Shown in pieces: positions 58,441 through 62,017 of a DNA stretch of 62,017 nt. Every line of letters begins with the position of its first letter. Position 1 is the stretch's first letter. The stretch comes from Oligoflexales bacterium (GTDB lineage Bacteria; Bdellovibrionota_B; Oligoflexia; Oligoflexales; RGVZ01). Under the pieces are notes generated by a model. The model ran no database searches and was not told the origin of the DNA. It worked only from the letters and a program-made list of their open reading frames with translations. Where the stretch lies: NCBI GenBank assembly GCA_044360315.1, contig JBIKKO010000004.1, positions 1 through 62,017 of the forward strand. The letters run 5' to 3'. The position numbers and the translations under genes are program-made.

Positions 58441-59685
58441 CTAATGTGCTTGGCTGTATTGCTTGACGTGATTAAGTCGAGCCAGATATAGGGCAGAGGC
58501 ACAAACAAGCAAGATCATATAGCGCACCTCACTATCTTGAATAGCGTTTTGTGTAAGTCCACCCAGGGCGATGACGATCGGAGTTGTCAACATGGCCAGG
58601 CGATACCATGATTCCCCCGTTAGATTGACTTTAACCTGTATAAACCACCAGATGAAAAACGCGCATAGGGCAACCACCGAGATTAAGCCACCTTCGACGG
58701 AGGCTTGTAAAAACATATTGTGTCCTTCATACATGCGTTTGATGTGTCCTAATCCTATCTTTTCATAGAATGGTCGTCTCTCCGTAGCGGTTAATCCGGT
58801 GCCATGACCTAGGATAGGAGACTCTTTAAACATCTCCCAATGGGCATGCCAAAATGCTATGCGATCGTCCGCGTACGGTGTTTCTCTATCGCTCCGCTCT
58901 CCGGACAGTACCATGGTAAACTTTGACTCGATGGGGTTAGGTGTATTTAAAATGATTGTGGTAGTCCCTAGGGCTACGATGGAAGCTAGCAGGAGCTGGC
59001 GTTTTGGTAGAAGCTTAATCATTAAGAACAATATCGTGAATGCGCTAATGGTGATCACAGTGACCGATTGGGAGGCTAGGATCGTGATTCCTGTTCCTAT
59101 ACCAATGATTAAACTGCGCCAATCTTTGAGATGTGCCAACATTCGAGAGAAACTCCACGGCATGATGGCAAGACAGACGTAGGCAAGAGTCAGGGGGTGA
59201 CTATAAAACCCTTGCGCTCTTTTTATCTGACTTTGGATCTCTGATCCTTGAAATTTCCATCCGAAAATCACCTGAGACACTGCAACGACTGCTAAGACGG
59301 CTACAAGGAAGGTCGCAACATTTAGAAGAAAGGAGTGTTTAATATGGCTAGGGCGAATGAGTAATCCCATGACAATAATCACGCTGCAGAGTAAATGACC
59401 TGCTAGAAAACTCAAAGCGTCATCAGATGCGCCCCTGGCAATCGTCGCAGACGTAATTGGTATAATCATCATGAGCCAAATGGTTAGAAACTGCCAAAGA
59501 CTTGGTGGGATAGCGTCATTCAGACGACGATTTTTATGATTTCTCATTAGCGAGATCATAAAAACCAAAAGACCTAGGCCTAGGCCAATGTTTTGTCCGG
59601 CGACGCCAAGGGGGGCAACTAACAACGTGAAGAATGCGGCCGCTGTGTCGAGGGCATCATGCTTCGTTGGCTTTGGGATTGTCAT
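58441..59685 (-). CDS. O-antigen ligase family (Wzy_C) membrane protein
   Basis: RAQGFYSHP, R...W......F.ESPILGHG and HNMFLQ...EGG motifs; many TM helices. Confidence 0.88.
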   Translation of the reverse strand: MTIPKPTKHDALDTAAAFFTLLVAPLGVAGQNIGLGLGLLVFMISLMRNHKNRRLNDAIPPSLWQFLTIWLMMIIPITSATIARGASDDALSFLAGHLLCSVIIVMGLLIRPSHIKHSFLLNVATFLVAVLAVVAVSQVIFGWKFQGSEIQSQIKRAQGFYSHPLTLAYVCLAIMPWSFSRMLAHLKDWRSLIIGIGTGITILASQSVTVITISAFTILFLMIKLLPKRQLLLASIVALGTTTIILNTPNPIESKFTMVLSGERSDRETPYADDRIAFWHAHWEMFKESPILGHGTGLTATERRPFYEKIGLGHIKRMYEGHNMFLQASVEGGLISVVALCAFFIWWFIQVKVNLTGESWYRLAMLTTPIVIALGGLTQNAIQDSEVRYMILLVCASALYLARLNHVKQYSQAH

Positions 59686-59691
59686 AAACGA

Positions 59692-60375
59692 CTAACTCCG
59701 TGTGTGGTGATCTTGTCGAAGTCGAGGTAACTGCTGAGACCATGATGTAATTTGGCGACAAATCCACTTGTTTAGCAGTTTTTCTTGTTCTGCTTTGCTA
59801 AGTAGAAATTGGGATGGCGGTAGCAGCTTTCGAGCTCTAGTCGTCAGATTGTGGAGGGTTATGGCAGCGCAAACACTGATGTTGAGGCTTTCCACAATTC
59901 CAAACATCGGTATGGTAAAGCACATGTCAGCTTGGTTGCGCCACGCAAGGTCTAAGCCCTCATGTTCATTACCAAAGGCGACAGCGATGGGCTTATCGAC
60001 TGGGAGTTGATCTAGAGTGATGGCATTACCATGAGGGAATGCGGCTGCGACTAGATAGCCGCTTTGATGTAGTGATTTGATACACTCATCAACGCTTGCG
60101 TGTTTGGTGATGTCAATCCACTCGTCGACGCCCTTGGCTACACTCGAGGCGTTGAATTTATGAGTGAGCGAAACGACGTCGACATTTTGAATGCCAAAGG
60201 CTTCGGCCGATCTTATGCAGGCACTGACGTTGTGCGGTTGATGCACGTCTTGGACAATGAGCCGGATGTGGCTCGTTCTCTGAGCTGCTGTGGTTGACAT
60301 GCGCTGTCGCCGATTTTCAGTTAACTGAGGTGAAAGCAGCTGCCAAGCATCTTGAGGATAGTCTTGGCTAATCAA
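59692..60375 (-). CDS. trmH: tRNA guanosine-18 2'-O-methyltransferase TrmH family
   Basis: HQPHNVSACIRSAEAFG, FGNEHEG and IPMFGIVESLNISV motifs. Confidence 0.88.
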   Translation of the reverse strand: MISQDYPQDAWQLLSPQLTENRRQRMSTTAAQRTSHIRLIVQDVHQPHNVSACIRSAEAFGIQNVDVVSLTHKFNASSVAKGVDEWIDITKHASVDECIKSLHQSGYLVAAAFPHGNAITLDQLPVDKPIAVAFGNEHEGLDLAWRNQADMCFTIPMFGIVESLNISVCAAITLHNLTTRARKLLPPSQFLLSKAEQEKLLNKWICRQITSWSQQLPRLRQDHHTRS

Positions 60376-61238
60376 GATTCCGCCGTTAACTCGTGAGATT
60401 TTGGTTCAACGGCAAGGTCGACTTGGTCTTCGCCATCGACAAGTCTTCCTCCGATTCTCTCTAGGGCTTCACCGACGATTGGCCCAATAGAAGATTGAAG
60501 TAGGTGGCGATCTTCAGGTTGCGCGAGATGGCTAGAGGTTAGAATCCAGCTTGAAAGTTTACGTAATGCAACCTCCCAATTTTGATTTCGCTCGTCAGCC
60601 ATATCTCTAAGACTCTTCATGCTATGATAAAGTTGATCACTATGGACTAGGCGGCGGCGAAGGGTGTCAAGCTCTTTAGGATCGATAACCACCGCTTGGG
60701 ATCGTTTTTTTAGATCTTCTTCAAGTTCATTGATGCGTGCTTTGAGACGATTCAGGTCCTCTTGGCTTGCGGCGTGAGCTTTTCGTTGTGTAGCACTAAG
60801 TTCAGACTTGAGGCGATCACATTCGACCTCCAGGGTCTTTATAAGTTGCTCTTGATCTGCTTTTTCTGCCAAGAGAGTTTCTCGCTGACGGCTAAGTGTT
60901 TCATACTGGGCAAGGATTTGATCACGTTGAGCTTCAGTGTTGGTAAGTTTTCGCTCAATGAGGGACTGAGTATTGATAAGTTCGCCCATGATCTTCGCGG
61001 TTTTTCCGCCTTCGCTTTCATGATTTTTTTTCAACAGTTTGATCTGACGCTCTAGGTCGGATGTTGCTTCTGAAGCTGATGTTAATCGTTTTTTTGCCAT
61101 GCACAGTTCTTCGTACTGGAGTTCAAATTTCCGAGCTCCTTCCGCGAGAATTAATTGTAATTGATTGCTCTTTTTATAGTTTAAAAATGCCAGCAACGCG
61201 AAAATTACGATAAGTGATGCGGAGATAAAAAGCAGCAT
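60372..61238 (-). CDS. Membrane-anchored coiled-coil protein of unknown function
   Basis: N-terminal TM helix, long heptad-rich segment and RBS GGGAG. Confidence 0.75.
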   Translation of the reverse strand: MLLFISASLIVIFALLAFLNYKKSNQLQLILAEGARKFELQYEELCMAKKRLTSASEATSDLERQIKLLKKNHESEGGKTAKIMGELINTQSLIERKLTNTEAQRDQILAQYETLSRQRETLLAEKADQEQLIKTLEVECDRLKSELSATQRKAHAASQEDLNRLKARINELEEDLKKRSQAVVIDPKELDTLRRRLVHSDQLYHSMKSLRDMADERNQNWEVALRKLSSWILTSSHLAQPEDRHLLQSSIGPIVGEALERIGGRLVDGEDQVDLAVEPKSHELTAES

Positions 61239-61618
61239 AGGATGACTCCCCTGGTTTGAGCCTATTGACGTCGAAGCTGGTGTATCAGCGCCCCGTAGAA
61301 TACCTGACTTGATCTATCATTTAAAGCTGATGTTCCAAAGCGGCTGTTGAATCCTCACGCCAGTTGGGGTTTGCGGCAGCTGACGGGTGGGTGTCTGTCG
61401 TGACAGGTAAAACATGTATGATGGCCATTTTCATTAGGAAGTCTGTGGGGTTGCGTATATCTGATTTGATCTCGAATTGAAGGTTGGCTGTGAGCAGAAA
61501 CTCCCAATCACCGTGCGGTTCTGGGCAAAATTGTGACGTGGCAAGCCAGAGCGTTCGGCTGTTACACTTACAAAGAGGGTGGTTAGGTAAAGCTTGTTTT
61601 TCGATGACGGAGCCGTGA

Positions 61619-61695
61619 TGGAGCGGGTGAAGGGATTCGAACCCTCGACCTTCGCGATGGCAACGCGACGCTCTAGCCAACTGAGCTACACCCGC
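61619..61695 (-). tRNA. tRNA-Gly(GCC), CCA encoded
   Basis: GCGGGTGTAGCTCAGTTGGCTAGAGCGTCGCGTTGCCATCGCGAAGGTCGAGGGTTCGAATCCCTTCACCCGCTCCA; all stems pair and the anticodon is GCC. Confidence 0.98.
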
Positions 61696-61811
61696 ATGCT
61701 CCTCACAGTACCTGAAAACAGGAACCAAGGTTGTAAGCTAGGAGCAGCCAGCCGTCAAGAAAATTATACGGGTCCCTGGTTGTGGCTCGAGACTTCGTTT
61801 GGGAGGGTAAT

Positions 61812-62017
61812 ATGGATGTCATAAAACGGATTAACCATGCATGGAAGGCCGTCAATCCTTTTCGTAAAAACGGGGGGTTAGGGGATCAGGCGAGGACAGG
61901 TGAGGAAAGCCTGCGAGGGCGCAACCTGCTGAATTCGCATCGCACTCCCACCATTGACCGCTACCGGGTCATGGCTAACGACTCGAGTCTTGGAGATGTG
62001 TTTGAGCGTGTAGTGGG
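61812..62017 (+). CDS. 5' part of an unidentified CDS running off the window
   Basis: RBS GGGAGG, then ATG and an open frame MDVIKRINHAWKAVNPFRKNGG...LGDVFERVV to the window edge. Confidence 0.6.
   Translation, partial: MDVIKRINHAWKAVNPFRKNGGLGDQARTGEESLRGRNLLNSHRTPTIDRYRVMANDSSLGDVFERVV

Noticed and set aside
61240-61618. Possible integrative element attached at the tRNA-Gly 3' end
   Set aside because: No integrase, and I saw no duplicated tRNA 3' fragment elsewhere in the window.
61321-61728. 135-aa minus-strand ORF
   Set aside because: Reads straight through tRNA-Gly; spurious.
61860-62017. GAGGAAAG- and CCGCTACCG-containing stretch reminiscent of RNase P RNA or SRP RNA
   Set aside because: The conserved continuations (GAGGAAAGTCC; the SRP CAGG..GGAA..AGCAG core) are absent, and the region is an open frame with a strong RBS at 61801-61806.

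Overview
Gene-dense bacterial chromosomal window, probably from a Bdellovibrionota/Oligoflexia-like organism. This is inferred from AgmU/AglT-like gliding proteins, an extended PilT, an orphan Flp pilin and several Cys-lipobox lipoproteins. Core content: a GT39 glycosyltransferase, a CDF transporter, an M17 peptidase, trmL, trmH, a complete trpR-like/hisG-D-C-B-H-A-F-IE operon, a MoxR/DUF58/BatA-DUF4159 cluster, an acyl-CoA carboxylase operon with pgpA and greB, an O-antigen ligase and tRNA-Gly(GCC). I found no CRISPR array, rRNA, integrase or transposase. The most unusual observations are: (1) a 1317-aa lipoprotein with 5 FN3 domains and 12 copies of an unrecognised ~65-aa four-Cys repeat arranged as six pairs, preceded by a ~150-nt structured RNA-like leader; (2) a 44-bp perfect palindrome flanked by exact 12-bp direct repeats, at the edge of a mosaic block with a glmS remnant, a class A beta-lactamase carrying SDS instead of SDN, and a DUF4143 remnant; (3) a protein with only sigma-factor region 2, whose Shine-Dalgarno is sequestered by a perfect 12-bp stem; (4) a 56-aa zinc-finger gene with eukaryote-like spacing that the ORF track missed; (5) an 8-bp-phased candidate operator in front of the TrpR-like his regulator. 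All family calls rest on motif recognition by eye; no searches or folding computations were run.
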